A DNA stretch of 63,962 nucleotides, the filler included, from Octopus bimaculoides (Eukaryota), in the NCBI RefSeq assembly GCF_001194135.2. It is 6 parts of 4 records of this genome, joined end to end, with 100 filler letters (N's around TTAATTAATTAA, not from the genome) between each part and the next. Parts side by side here need not be neighbours in the genome. Positions count along the whole stretch, not along the records: positions 1 to 8,005 come from NC_068987.1; positions 8,106 to 20,747 come from NC_068993.1; 4 more parts are not named here. The stretch is one strand, 5' to 3'. A program made the position numbers and the translations under genes. Shown here piece by piece: positions 1 through 12,441 of the stretch (positions within the stretch are counted from its first letter, which is position 1; each line of letters starts with the position of its first letter). The notes below the pieces were generated by a model. The model did no database searches and had not been told where the DNA came from. It saw nothing but the letters and a program-made list of their open reading frames with translations.

Positions 1-183
1 ATGTCTTTAAAAATTAATTCAACGTCCATTCCTCAGCCTGTTATGACACAGAGTGAAAGCGGCAATTGTTTTTATGACACTTTATATAATTTGATTTGGA
101 ACTGAACTCACAGACGTGGATTTAATAGAGTTACGTGTAATATTTACTTTCAACGCGAGGAAGGTAATTTAGTGCCTGCTCCA

Positions 184-1093
184 CAGGGTGTTCAATTTAA
201 AAGTTGACTCGATTGATTAACTGTCAAAATATTGGCTCTCTCTGATTGGCTCGCTATGCCAAATTGATTTTAGCCTTTTCCAAGTGTTACGCATTCATTC
301 GAGATTTCTTCTAGAGTCGTAATGGTATTGTCAGTGCAGTAACGTTCATTTATTGTGGAATTTTATTTTAGATCAGGACGTTTTATCAATAGGCAATGGA
401 TTTACTCCTTTGACAATTGCGTTACCGATTTTAAGAGCAAATATCCAAATCTGCCTCCGCCAACAAAGCTGGCGATTAATGTTCTGATTAAGAAGTTTTG
501 GAAAACGGGCTCAGTCGAAAAGAAAAAACATGTTCGCCGACGTACCCGCCTTTCTGATGATGTGGAAGATATCCGTCACCGAATTCTTCGCCGTCCCAGG
601 AAATTTGTGCGACGTTTATCTCACGAAACTGGATTATCTGTTGGCAGCAGCCTTACTGCTCTTCGTAAATCGCTGAAATTGTAGCCATATCGCGTGTCTT
701 CTTTACACGAACTTATTCCTGCTGATTTTACTGCAAATGGTTTCAAGAAAACATGGATGACAACCAACTTGACATGACCTTCTTCAATAACGAGGCTTGG
801 AGTCACCAATCGGGATACCTAAATTCGCAAAACACTCGCATCTGGAGTGCTCTCAATCCTCACGAGTTGGTCGAATCACCCTTACATGCAGTGAAGATTG
901 GTGTATGAATGGCTATCAGCAGGTGAAGAATAGTAGGACCGATATTTTTCCCCAAGAAACCTTAAATTCGGAACGTTATTGTGAGATAATTGATCAATTT
1001 GTTGAGCAGCTTACTGAGAATGAAGAAAGTAATGCATGGCTTCAACAGGACTCAGCAATATGTCATGTTAGAAACCACACTTTGTTTCACTGA
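184..1093 (+). mobile_element. Degraded Tc1/mariner-superfamily DNA transposon (DUF4817-type N-terminal HTH transposase remnant)
   Basis: TIR-like start CAGGGTGTTCAATTT at 184. ATG at 322 is in frame with ORF 355-684 (MVLSVQ*RSFIVEFYFRSG...LIKKFWKTGSV). Downstream frames give IFPQETLNSERY and WLQQDSAICH (mariner WFQQDGA-H motif). Stops and frameshifts are present and no right TIR is seen. Confidence 0.8.
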
Positions 1094-1114
1094 CGAAAAG
1101 GTTTAAAAGTTGGT

Positions 1115-1313
1115 GAGCAGGCAGGTCCGTTAGCAAAATGCTTAACAGCACTTCGTCCGTTTTCACGTTCTGAGTTCAAATTCTGCCAAGGTCGAATTTG
1201 CTTTGCATCCTTTCAGGGTTGATAAAATTAATACCAACTTGATCGCTGTGGTCGCTGTAATCGACTTAACCCCTTCTTTGAAATTGCTGGCCTTGTGCCA
1301 AAATTTGAAACTA
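1115..1313 (+). mobile_element. SINE-like interspersed repeat, family A (core GAGTTCAAATTCTGCCGAGGTCGACTTTGCCTTTCATCC)
   Basis: The same core recurs at ~1849, 2010, 2237, 30505, 42322 and 48432. It has a B-box-like GTTCAAATTC. Confidence 0.7.
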
Positions 1314-1848
1314 ACAAGTAAGAAATCATTTATTTATTGTTTTATATTTGCTCTTTATGGTTTTATTCTGAGTAGGTGTAGCTTACCTTGCCTACCCAAA
1401 CGACATGCTCCTCAGTCTTTATAGGCCTGTATATATGTGTAATTATTGGAAAACACGGAAAATCACCGCCACCACCAACAACAACAAAATTTATTAAGGC
1501 AAGTTAACAGAAGGAGCTGATATTAAGTGGAACGAACGTTTAGATGTAGCAGCAAAGTCCTCTTGCTATCGTTTTAAAAATAGTAAGATATTTTGGCTAT
1601 GTTTGGGCATAAAACCAGACGCTTTGGCCGTCAGTTTTATTTTGTTTATCTCCAGATATAGCCAAACCAACGTATCTTTCTCTTCGATCAGACCGTTCTG
1701 TTTGATCAGCACCGGTCTATACAACAATATCAGCAACAACAACAACAGCGACGACAACAACTATGGCAAGAAATATCGCACAAGGTTTTGGTTCCAGACA
1801 ATACTTTACCATTTCTTTCTGTTATCGTAATTTTACAGTTTTCTTAAT

Positions 1849-1998
1849 ATTGATTTCAAATTTTGGTACAAAACTATCGAATTCGAGGGAGGAACTTAGT
1901 CGGTTTCATCGACCCCCAACTTCATCCCCAGTACGTAACTGGTACTTATTTTATCGACCTCTAAAGGATGAAAGGTAAAGTCGACCTCGGCAGAATTC
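1849..1998 (-). mobile_element. SINE family A, partial
   Basis: Reverse complement of the family A core (GGATGAAAGGTAAAGTCGACCTCGGCAGAATT). Confidence 0.7.
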
Positions 1999-2009
1999 CC
2001 GTTTTTTTT

Positions 2010-2212
2010 ACTTAATATTGGTTTTCAAATTTTTGACACATGGCCAGCTGTCAAATCGATTACATGGACCCCAGTGATCAACTAGTACTTATTCTATCGA
2101 CCCCGGAAGGATGAAAGGCAAAGTGGGACATGGCAGAATTTGAACTCAGAACGTAAAGACGGACAAAATACCGCTAAGCATTGTACCAGGATTGCTAAAG
2201 GTTCTTATCGTT
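2010..2212 (-). mobile_element. SINE family A
   Basis: GGATGAAAGGCAAAGT...CAGAATTTGAACTCAGAACG...CCGCTAAGCATT matches the other copies. Confidence 0.7.
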
Positions 2213-2236
2213 TTCTTAATATTAATTTCGATTACA

Positions 2237-2452
2237 AGGCGACGAGCTGACAGAATCTTTAGCACACTGGGAAAAAATGCTTAGCAGCATTTCGTCCGTC
2301 GCTGCGTTCTGAGTTCAAATTCTGCCGAGGTCGATTTTGTCTTTCATACTTTCGGGGTCGTTAAAATAAGTACCAGTAGAAAACTAGGGTTGATGTAATC
2401 TACTTACTTCCTCCTACGAAACTGGCCTTGTGCCAAAATGTGAAACCAGCAT
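2237..2452 (+). mobile_element. SINE family A
   Basis: GAGTTCAAATTCTGCCGAGGTCGATTTTGTCTTTCATAC...GGCCTTGTGCCAAAATGTGAAAC. Confidence 0.7.
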
Positions 2453-2893
2453 TAATTACGACTATACTTATATAACATACACACACATACGCATACACAC
2501 GCGCACACACACACACACACAGAAACACATACACACACGCACAAATACGCATACACACGCTCACACACACATGCACGAACGCATACTTGTATAAACATTT
2601 ATATGTTTTGGGTCGTTTAGCATGTATATATGTGTGTGTGTATGGGCGTTTAAAAGTGACTCAAAAGGCTTTCATAGTGAATATATTTATGCTTCCTGCA
2701 GACCGTAGCTTGCAGACCCTTAGTTATAGAAAGTCTATAAAATTTACTCCGTGTTTCCCTCAAACGTACCTTGTGAGCGTCCATTTAAATACGGTGTTAT
2801 TTTTATTATAAGTATAAAGATGCAGTATGCAAATAATCGTCACACACACACACACACACATACACACACATATCTATATGTATGCTGTATTCA

Positions 2894-2947
<54 letters not shown>

Positions 2948-3319
2948 CATAGTGATTGTTTTCTAAAAGGCTGAGTCATGTTCCGTGATGTCACCTATTG
3001 AAGCTCATCCTTCCTTCCCATTATTATATAACGTTTTTCTGGCAGTCATTGTAGATATTATTGTTGTCTTTTCTACATTACGGATTACATCAGGACCAAG
3101 AAATAGAGACAACAAAGCAATGACAACAAAGATGAGATTGCCCGTGAAAAAGATAAGATGGCAGTGGCAACGAAAACATTTCTCTTTTTTTTTATTATCA
3201 GTATTTTGAATGTAGCGATAAAGAATTTTTCGCAAAACTTGGCGAGGAAAAATGTTTGATTTTTTTCCAGATTTTACAACGATTTTTACTTAGAGACGTT
3301 TGTAAGTTGCATTATTAGA

Positions 3320-4780
3320 ATATGACAATGACTGGTGAAATATCTGGTTAAATAAGTTCAGATTATTTTGCAAAGAAAAGCAAGTTCTTACGCACTGCTA
3401 CGAGCGTTAAAGATTTTTGGAAAGATTTTGAGATCAGAGTGGAGACGTATTTCAATCTCAACAAAACTGCAAGTGAAGAAATCAAGTTAATATATTTAAT
3501 CAATGGAACTCAGAGTAAAATATTTAATTTTCTAATACTTTGATTTTGCTGAAAGATTATTTGAAATATTCATTTTTGTAATCACGGAAAAAAGTTGACG
3601 GCACTTTTCGAGGAGAAAAGAAATACTGAGATGTATAATTATTACCGATTTCGAAAGACTATGGTTTGAGTATTGCTGATTTTGTGACAGAAGTAAAACA
3701 TAAATCTATATATTGTGGATCCAGAGTTACGTATTATATGATTAGAGACAGAGTGATCACGAACACATCTATAAAAAAAGTGTTTAACTGTCATTTTTGA
3801 AAGAAAGAGATATAATACTATAAAAGGCAGCGAAAATTGCTATGGCAGTTTAGAGGGCCTCTGAAAGCTTTTCAAATTTTGCAGGAGGAAAGCTTCTGTC
3901 TGGAAATTCAGATATTTATGTTGTGCAGAGGAAGAATAAAATATCCAACAAAAAATTGCATTTGTGGATTTTTGCATTTATGGTTAAATTGCCATAAATG
4001 CAAAATCATATAAATTAAGATTATCCAAGGAGAAATATAAAATGCCATGTTTGCCATAAAATGTTCATTTTTATAAAGGTTGCGTTTTGACATTAAATCA
4101 AAATAAGGATGGACAATATCAGCAGAGTAATAAAAATATAATTTTAAAAGAAAAATTGGGCAAATATCCACATCCGAGAAATGTTTGTTAATAATAGGAA
4201 ATGTTACGAAGGCAAACCCATTAAAATTGCATTGAAAGTCAATGGACTGCTAAAAGAATTTGAATGTGGTACTGAAGCAGCCGTCTGTATAGGAATGGTC
4301 AATGGACCCAGAAAATAGTCAAAAACAGACAATTCTGAATTGAACTTCTTCAAAATTAAGCTTCTTTTTGTCTAGGCTTCAAAGCAATTTCTCTGATATA
4401 AGTTTGTGAAATTCCATTTATGTATCAAGAAAAACATTAAAATTAATATTGATTGATACAAAAGATTCTTCTTTAAAGGTCAAGATTAGATTAGAAGTTT
4501 TGAAATGGACATAACTCCATTATTAGTGCTTAGAAAAGAGTTTTGTGGAACTGAATATCAATAGAAAAAGGAAACACAAAGCGAATATTATAATCGGTTG
4601 CAAACATTTTAAAACTATCTGAAGCCGGTTTAGGCCTTGATTCGAAAAAGGGAGTTCGACCGAAATTCTACAATTAATATCAAATGCTTTAAAGTTTAAA
4701 TGATGCAGTATCAGACCCAAAAGGCATCAAGTGACCACATGGTACGAGATCCGAAACCAGAAAAAACAATTGTTTGAATC
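3320..4780 (+). mobile_element. Highly degraded Ty3/Gypsy gag-protease remnant
   Basis: Broken frames give gag-like SIADFVTEVKHKSIYCG and YMIRDRVI. From 4211 the frame reads GKPIKIALKVNGLLKEFECGTEAAVCI, a degenerate aspartic-protease (F-x-x-DTGA) motif. Confidence 0.55.
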
Positions 4781-5104
4781 ATGGATCACCAAAGTTTGGC
4801 TAGATATTTCAGTAGCAGCGGACTGAGTCCCCTCGCGATCGCTGCTAATGAAATCCTTTTGAAATCCTTTTTAATCCTTCTTATACACATCTATATTAAA
4901 ATATGCTTTCAGTTTANNNNNNNNNNATATATACATATATATCATGGATTCTCCAGTCGGTAAACGACGTATGAGGGCTCGGCAATTTCTTGCCGAAAAA
5001 CCACACAAATGATTTGTTTATAGCGATCAAATGTTTGTGTTCGTATAACCTCACTCCCTCTATCAAATCGATATTACCTGTACAGGTGCAACTGGGTGCC
5101 ACAT

Positions 5105-5245
5105 ATCAGATGACGAAATGGTCACAGAGCAATGTGAAATGAAGTACTTTGCTCAAGAACACGACTCAGCATCCGGTCTGGGAATCGAAACCACGATCTC
5201 GCAATCATGAGTCCAACACCTTAACCACTAAGCCATACACCTTCA
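5105..5245 (-). mobile_element. tRNA-derived SINE, family C
   Basis: Minus strand has A-box/B-box-like GGCTTAGTGGTTAAGG and GGTTTCGATTCC. A related copy lies at ~32400-32660. Confidence 0.6.
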
Positions 5246-5298
5246 CAAAGACACATATATACATATACACACATATACATACATATACATACACATAT

Positions 5299-5318
5299 AT
5301 ATGCATGTGTGTGAATGT

Positions 5319-5380
<62 letters not shown>

Positions 5381-5402
5381 GTGTGTGTGTATNNNNNNNN
5401 NN

Positions 5403-5441
<39 letters not shown>

Positions 5442-5456
5442 GTGTGTGTGTATGTA

Positions 5457-5486
<30 letters not shown>
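5299..5486. repeat. (GT)n microsatellite with internal gap
   Basis: Directly visible. It explains the CVCV ORFs. Confidence 0.95.
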
Positions 5487-5487
<1 letters not shown>

Positions 5488-5572
5488 TAATGTTTGATTT
5501 TATAAATAATGAATAAAATCATTTTCATGCAAACACGAAGCTGATAGATTATCAACTCTTACAAAGAAAAGG

Positions 5573-5678
5573 TTGACAGTAACTTCGCAGTTTCGGCTTG
5601 CCCACTGTCGTCAAACAGTCTGACGACGGTGAGCAGGCCGAAACTTCGTAAAAATTGTCACCTTATTACTTGATAATT
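5573..5678. repeat. Palindromic interspersed repeat, copy 1
   Basis: 24-bp arms 5590-5613 and 5621-5644 around a 7-nt loop. A homologous copy lies at 57629-57738. Confidence 0.65.
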
Positions 5679-6450
5679 CTGTGCAATGATATCACTGAAA
5701 TGGTAAGATTCATTTTTTTTTTTTTTCATTCTCATTAAATCTTTCTGATAATCATCAATGAACTCGCTTTTGCTTTTGTTGCATTTGGGATTGCACCGCG
5801 ACTTTGAAATCTATACAAAAAAAAATCGACCCAAATATATTGTTGTTATCTTATTCAGTGGTCCGTAGAATGGCCCGGAAAAGTAAAGCTGGTGAACTGG
5901 ACACATGTAGATAGAGGAAGAAAGCAACGGTAATTAACGGTGAATGAAACAGCACGTGTAACGCTAATTTGATATGTAAACATAGGCAAGTAGATATACA
6001 TATGTGTGTGTATGTGTGTGTTTGTATATATGCATGTGTGTATAATATATGTGCATGAATGTGTGTGTTCTACATACAGCCGTCACTGGGAGACGTTCTC
6101 TTCACCAGTTTTCGATTTAATTTGATCACCTTCCAACAATATCGATCACTCCAGTGGAACGGAGCAATATCGAAGCCACCGGATAATATTCGAGGTTTTT
6201 AGCCAACAACTCCACACGCTCTTCTTTCCTCCATCTCATCCCCGTATACAACACACCTAATCAAGAACAACTACAACTAAAATATCATTGCAGCAGCTAT
6301 TTTGTTTTAATACTCGCGAGGGATTTGCTAGTCTGTCTCATTTTGATATTCTTGCCTCGTACTGTTAACGTATCTGCACTGAAGAGACGCTGCGCAAATG
6401 GCTCTCAAGTTTTTTTGGATATGAAAGAGAAACAGGATTAATACCCTTAC

Positions 6451-6510
6451 TCTTGGTGCGAGTAGATGTGACGGAGCTAAGGTTTATGATTAGAATGGAT
6501 GGGATACATT
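6451..6510 (-). CDS. Candidate 60-bp phase 1-1 exon (ECIPSILIINLSSVTSTRTK)
   Basis: T-rich acceptor TTTGTATAG| and donor AAGA|GTAAGG on the minus strand. Phase-compatible with the Sushi exon upstream. No recognisable domain. Confidence 0.3.
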
Positions 6511-6810
6511 CTATACAAATACCATCACGAACAAAAAAATATTCTCCATGGAAAATTATCACAACGAAATGGAACCTGGTTCATTTACAGAATATACGTA
6601 AATCAGACCAACTGTAATTTTAGAACATGTTCTTTCACACTGTTAAACGCAGAAGCTCGTTCTATCAATATTATATTGGGGAAAAAAATTCTTTGTTGTT
6701 ATGCCTTCTGCCGATCGCCTCTCCGGAAGAAGTTGTAATAGAAAGTAGTCAACGTTAACGATGACATTTAGTCTACTATACATATGAGCTCTTTACTTTG
6801 TACTCGAAGA

Positions 6811-6851
<41 letters not shown>

Positions 6852-8164
6852 TCAGAAAGACCGATTCATATAAAGACGGTTGGTGAAAAAAAAGGAGAAA
6901 AAGAGGGCGGGAAAAAATTCTGCTAATAATTCGAATAGTTCCCAGTAAGTTTAAACTTTATTGTCTGTATTGACATTGCCACAAGCCTAAATATTTAGAA
7001 GAAAGAATACCGTCTATTGAATGGATCCAGTATATTTACTGCAACTTATTTTGATCAAATTGCAACAGAGAAATAAAAATATAATGTAGATTCGTCCAAG
7101 CAGAGTTTCAATTGAGAAAAGTAAAGAACTGAAATAGTCACAGCAAATCATCCAATATAAAGTTATGCTGTGTAGATGTAACCAACACAAATAGATACTT
7201 CGATCAAAATTCGTGATTTAGTGCACGGAAAAAAAGAATTACTTTGCAGGACAAGAACATCAGCAACAACAACAAAGATAAAGAAAAGAACTTATTGAAA
7301 TCGAGTTCATTGATTTCTTTGTTTCTTCTCTGTTCTTCCTTTTAACTATCGTCTGTTTAAGAATATTGTGAAGCACACAACCTATAACAAATTAAAAATA
7401 CACAATAGAAACAAAAATATAAAACAAATAAATGGTAGTGATTTTTAAGACAATGTACCAAGTTACTAGAAGAGTCTTTGACTTTAATTTTTATCAAAGT
7501 AGAATACATTTCCTCAGAACAAAAATAAAGTAATTTCATCTATGAGAAATAATTCAAAGAATACTATCTACAATACAAAAATATATCGTACATTCTAGTC
7601 ACGCTTTGAAAACAACCTAAATTATGGTATTTGATATTTATGAGGAACTTAAGCAAAGTGCATTATGGATGATATGTACAGTATCACGGTATTGAAAGCA
7701 ATAAAAAATTGATTGACTCCGAATAGCATAACGGGAACACGCGCACACAGATGTACATAACATACTTATATGTGTATAGTAATTGGGGAGACATACATAT
7801 ATATACACGCACACACACACTCATATATATATATATACACACATACACACACACACACATATATGTATATATATATATATATATATTCAGTTAGATAGAT
7901 AGATAGATAGATACATTTCTTTTATTAGCCACACAGGGCTCAACAAAGATGGTTCGGATACAATGTAGAGCTTTTCTTTTGGGGAGTGGGAAGGAAAAAA
8001 AAAACNNNNNNNNNNNNNNNNNNNNNNNNNNNNNNNNNNNNNNNNNNNNTTAATTAATTAANNNNNNNNNNNNNNNNNNNNNNNNNNNNNNNNNNNNNNN
8101 NNNNNAAAACACAGACGCAAAGACACACACGTAAATATATGCATATATATATACATATATATAC

Positions 8165-8320
8165 GACGGGCTTCTCTCCGTTTCCGTCTACCAAATTCGC
8201 TCCCAATGCTTTAGTCGGCCCGAGGCTATAGCAGAAGACGCCCAAGGTGCCACGCAGTGGGACTGACCCAGAACCATGTGGTTGGGAAGCAAACTTCTTA
8301 ACACACAGCCACGTCTGCGC

Positions 8321-8322
<2 letters not shown>
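8165..8322 (-). mobile_element. tRNA-derived SINE family B (head GTGGCTGTGTGGTAAGAAG(C/T)TTGCTTCCCAACCACATGGTTC), intact head and body
   Basis: Reverse complement reads AGGCGCAGACGTGGCTGTGTGTTAAGAAGTTTGCTTCCCAACCACATGGTTCTGGGTCAGTCCC. It serves as the uninterrupted reference for the split copy at 10256/14557. Confidence 0.8.
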
Positions 8323-8367
<45 letters not shown>

Positions 8368-8421
8368 GTGTGCATGTAGAGATAGATAGAGAGGGAGAGA
8401 GATGAAAATGAGAGTACTTAC

Positions 8422-8739
8422 TCTTGATGCATTCCGGGAAAACTGGAGCTCGCCATTTTCGATTCTGGCAGTATAAATGTCGCATGTCCGCGTATCTTAA
8501 TTTGTAGCCTGTAACACACTGGTAAGTGGCAAACATTACGTAAGACATATTCATTACATTATAATAGAATGAGGTCCGAAATCGTGCATTCTCAATCGCT
8601 GGTGGATCGATTCGCTCTGTATTACAGCTATCATCTGACTCCAGCAAACTCGTCATATTATTCTTGCGATACTGCAGCCTTTGACGTTTGGCATTAATCA
8701 ATTTCTCCATGTAGCTTGAAGGATATTTGCCTCTGTTTT
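8422..8739 (-). CDS. Internal exon encoding a linker plus one Sushi/CCP (SCR) domain
   Basis: Strong acceptor (CTTTCTCTTTCTTTTTTCTTGTCCATTTTATCAG|) and donor (AAGA|GTAAGT). 318 bp, phase 1-1, open frame. The peptide CNTERIDPPAIENA...ATYQCVTGYKL...LYCQNRKWRAPVFPEC has the four Cys, PP-I-N, Y-C-x-x-GY and W of the CCP consensus. Confidence 0.8.
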
Positions 8740-8801
8740 CTGATAAAATGGACAAGAAAAAAGAAAGAGAAAGATGTTTCGTTATTTATATGCTGTTTCC
8801 A

Positions 8802-8840
<39 letters not shown>

Positions 8841-10255
8841 GTTCAGTAGTATAAACATTTTATACTTTTATTTAACTCATCAATTCCAATAAAATGACCT
8901 TCTAATTCACGTTTTTTACCTTTTGTCATCTCAAGCAAATTATTTTCATTAATTAATATTTTTTGGGCTCTTCTCAACTGAGACTAGAAAATATTTCGGC
9001 TCTGATCAGTTACAGATCCTTGACGCTAAACACCATGTATATCAATGTCAGTAGTTTATCTGCTTCTCTAACTTGTTCATTAAAACATATCTCAGCGTTT
9101 TTAGTTTCCAATTCCTTTTTCTAATAATGTTTTGTTACATATCTTTCAAACCACAGATGTATGGAGTGGTAGGAGCCGAAAGTGAATTAAGTGGATTGGT
9201 TTGTTTAGAGACTCCTAAATGTGTAGAAGTGGCTTAAAAATAAAATCTAGCACACCTTTGACTTAAATTATACTTTCTTTCCTTCTTCATCATCATCATC
9301 ATCATCATCATTCTGTTGTTGTTATTATCATTTTTGTTGCTGTTGTTATTTTGTTTGTTCTTCTATCGACACGTATTGTACACCACTCCCCTACTGTTAT
9401 TATTTCTATTGTTACACAAAGTTATATATTGAACATTTGTATCCATTTTATGGATAAATTAACAAGAACCTTAGTGAGCTGGTTAGCTTTTTCCATCTGT
9501 AGTCTTTAGGAGCTAAATTGAGGTTTGTTTAGCAAACATACCCCCCACCCCCAGTTTTTGTTTAAGAGAAGAAAGATGGCGGACAAGGAATGTTCGTCTG
9601 CCGAAAAGAAAAGCCAAATATCAGCAGAACGAATTGTAAAAATCAGTGATAGCAGTAGCAGTTACAACAACGCAACAACAATAACAACACAAATTTCAAT
9701 AGAGTCATCATCATCACAGAAACAAGACAAAAGAAAAATTATAACAAAAAGCAACAACAATACTAGCAAGAGCACTGACACCCCCAACATCACCACCAAC
9801 AGTAGCAACAACAAATCCACCACCACCAACATAAACGTTAATACAACAGGAACGGCCGTTCTTCTTTCTAAACAAAATGGAAACATTTTCGCACAAACGT
9901 GTCGTCGACTAAAGAAAGTTAACTTGTCGGAAAAAAAAGTTAAGTGATGCCAAAGCGCACTTAACAAAGAATGGGAAAACAATATTTCTAAACATGCCAA
10001 AGGAAATTATTAAAGGTATTATAAAAAAAAATATTAAAGGTATTATAAAAAAAATTATTATCTATCCTTATGTAATATCCAGGCGCTGGAGTGAGTTACG
10101 CAGGCCCAGAGTGAAAAATGCTTAAGAGGGATAGAAACTTATGTCGCCCACGTGTAACACTTTGGCACAATTGAGGTGATATTTCCAATTGACGAAATAG
10201 CCAAAGAAAGTGCAACAACAACCCTCAAAAGTGAAGAATTATGTCTAATCCCAAC

Positions 10256-10285
10256 GAGTGGATGTGTGGTAAGAGGCTTGCTTCC
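10256..10285 (+). mobile_element. 5' head fragment of a family B SINE interrupted by insertions
   Basis: GAGTGGATGTGTGGTAAGAGGCTTGCTTCC matches the first part of the head at 8165-8322. The remainder resumes at 14557. Confidence 0.7.
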
Positions 10286-12425
10286 GCGCATGCGCAGTTA
10301 GTCGACTTCTTCCAGCTGAACCAGAGTGGACGTGGGCTTGTTATGCTCCGTCCAATTACAAAGAAAAAGAACGAAAACAGAGAAGGTCGTCGAGGTAGTG
10401 ATTTTGTTTTATCTGAGCTGGGCGTAATTTATTTTATTGTAATTTTTTTGTTAATAAATNNNNNNNNNNATTCTTTGGCTTCGTTTTAAAAAAAGGGGGC
10501 GTATCCTCACCCGAACGATTAGAACCTGTTACAGTTGCTGTTGCAGTTACCGTTGGCCGTAGCCAGTATTGTGTTTGGATTTATTGGGTCTATTTTACCA
10601 ATTACCGGGGAAAAAAAAAGATTTACGCCAAGGACCCTATCCACATTCGACCGGGAGTACCTGTTGGCCAGGGAATTGAATTTTTGCTGTGTTTTCTTTT
10701 TCCGTCTACCTACCTCTCCTGATTTTTTTTCTTCCTTTTTGAACTGTTTATTTATTTTTTTGGACTTCTTTGTTTTATTTTTTGACTGTTCTGTTAACTT
10801 TTTGTTTATCTTTTTTTGTTTTGACTTTTTCTTTGACCTTTGAACTTTCTTTGAAATTTTAAGACTTTTTTCCTTTTGCACATGGCAAAAATAAACGGTG
10901 CCGCTACTTTGGAGTGGTAGGTGGTCCCATCCACATAGTGGATTAAAGATCTTGAGAAGAGGACGGTGGTACTACGGACCTATTCCAGGTCGCGTGGTGC
11001 CATCGCCTTTTCGACAACTATAAAATTTATTTTTCGGTGGACCAAATTTGCAACGGTCTGGTTGCTGTTTGGTACCCCCGAGAAAGCTGGCAAATTTGCC
11101 AGCGAGCCATTTGAGGGGCAAGAAATTTTGTTCCTTCCCACTTATTGTGGGAGGGTGATAAGAGCCTGGGTATGTGGGCTACCCCCCCGGGCACAGAAGC
11201 GGGATGGATTGGTGATANNNNNNNNNNNNNNNNNNNNNNNNNNNNNNNNNNNNNNNNNNNNNNNNNNNNNNNNNNNNNNNNNNNNNNNNNNNNNNNNNNN
11301 NNNNNNNNNNNNNNNNNNNNNNNNNNNNNNNNNNNNNNNNNNNNNNNNNNNNNNNNNNNNNNNNNNNNNNNNNNNNNNNNNNNNNNNNNNNNNNNNNNNN
11401 NNNNNNNNNNNNNNNNNNNNNNNNNNNNNNNNNNNNNNNNNNNNNNNNNNNNNNNNNNNNNNNNNNNNNNNNNNNNNNNNNNNNNNNNNNNNNNNNNNNN
11501 NNNNNNNNNNNNNNNNNNNNNNNNNNNNNNNNNNNNNNNNNNNNNNNNNNNNNNNNNNNNNNNNNNNNNNNNNNNNNNNNNNNNNNNNNNNNNNNNNNNN
11601 NNNNNNNNNNNNNNNNNNNNNNNNNNNNNNNNNNNNNNNNNNNNNNNNNNNNNNNNNNNNNNNNNNNNNNNNNNNNNNNNNNNNNNNNNNNNNNNNNNNN
11701 NNNNNNNNNNNNNNNNNNNNNNNNNNNNNNNNNNNNNNNNNNNNNNNNNNNNNNNNNNNNNNNNNNNNNNNNNCCGTCAGTGGGAAGTGTGCCACTGATG
11801 GAGCAGCTTGAAGCCCCTTCCCGTGAGGAGGAGGAGTTTGTCCTCCTTTATCACGAGGGAGAGCCTGTAGAATTTTTGGACGGCCTGTGCGACCGAGAAC
11901 GTAAGTACTCGGGCTGCACAGGCAGTCCAATATGGACTCCGCAGGTGGCTGCGGAGGTAATACAACATATAGTTTTGACAAGGGTCGCCATGACCCTTGA
12001 CAAGAAAGATTTTGCATTCCTTTTTGCGGGCCCCGACTTGTTGGTGCCGAGTTGTCTGCAGGCGGCAAAGTCAACTTGCTTGGGGGCTCCGATGAGGAGG
12101 ACTAATTTCTTAAATTGTAAGAGGTTTGTAACCTCACATTTTGTAATTCACAAGAAGAAGAACTTACAGATATTGGAAATTTTGAGGACTAAAGTTTTTA
12201 TTGTAAGAGCTGTAAAAACCTCGTATAAATTGTAAGCGGTTTGTAGCCTCATATTCTGTAATTTACAGGGGAGAACATTGTTTTAGGGAGTCGAGAGGTC
12301 GGTGGGCGTCACTTGTCTCCCTCATTCTATCATTTAATTTTATTATCATTCATCTCATTAATGTACTAGTCTAGCCCGCAACTGCTTCTTCTCTGTAATG
12401 CCCTGGTGGCAAATCATATGAAATA
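10286..12425 (+). mobile_element. ~2.1-kb ORF1-only non-LTR-like element, copy 1
   Basis: Begins GCGCATGCGCA right after the target. It has a T-rich leader and a decayed ORF from ATG 10882 (MAKINGAATLEW*VVPST*WIKDLEKRTVVLRT...KFATVWLLFGTPE...VWVCGLPP). It ends at AATAAA followed by AAGAAGCTTGCTTCCC. Contains N gaps. Confidence 0.65.
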
Positions 12426-12441
12426 AAGAAGCTTGCTTCCC

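Noticed and set aside
5149-5516. Long CVCV/HTHT/YIYI/ERER and X-rich ORFs throughout the track
   Set aside because: Translations of microsatellites and N gaps.
8050-8061. TTAATTAATTAA islands inside N runs (also 20792, 29916, 50032, 62882)
   Set aside because: An identical 12-mer with stops in all frames, centred in gaps: an assembly gap marker, not biology.
9525-9947. ORF with good Kozak (AAGATGGCG at 9576), MADKECSS...
   Set aside because: The body is (AAC)-derived Asn/Thr/Ser low complexity with no domain or splice support.
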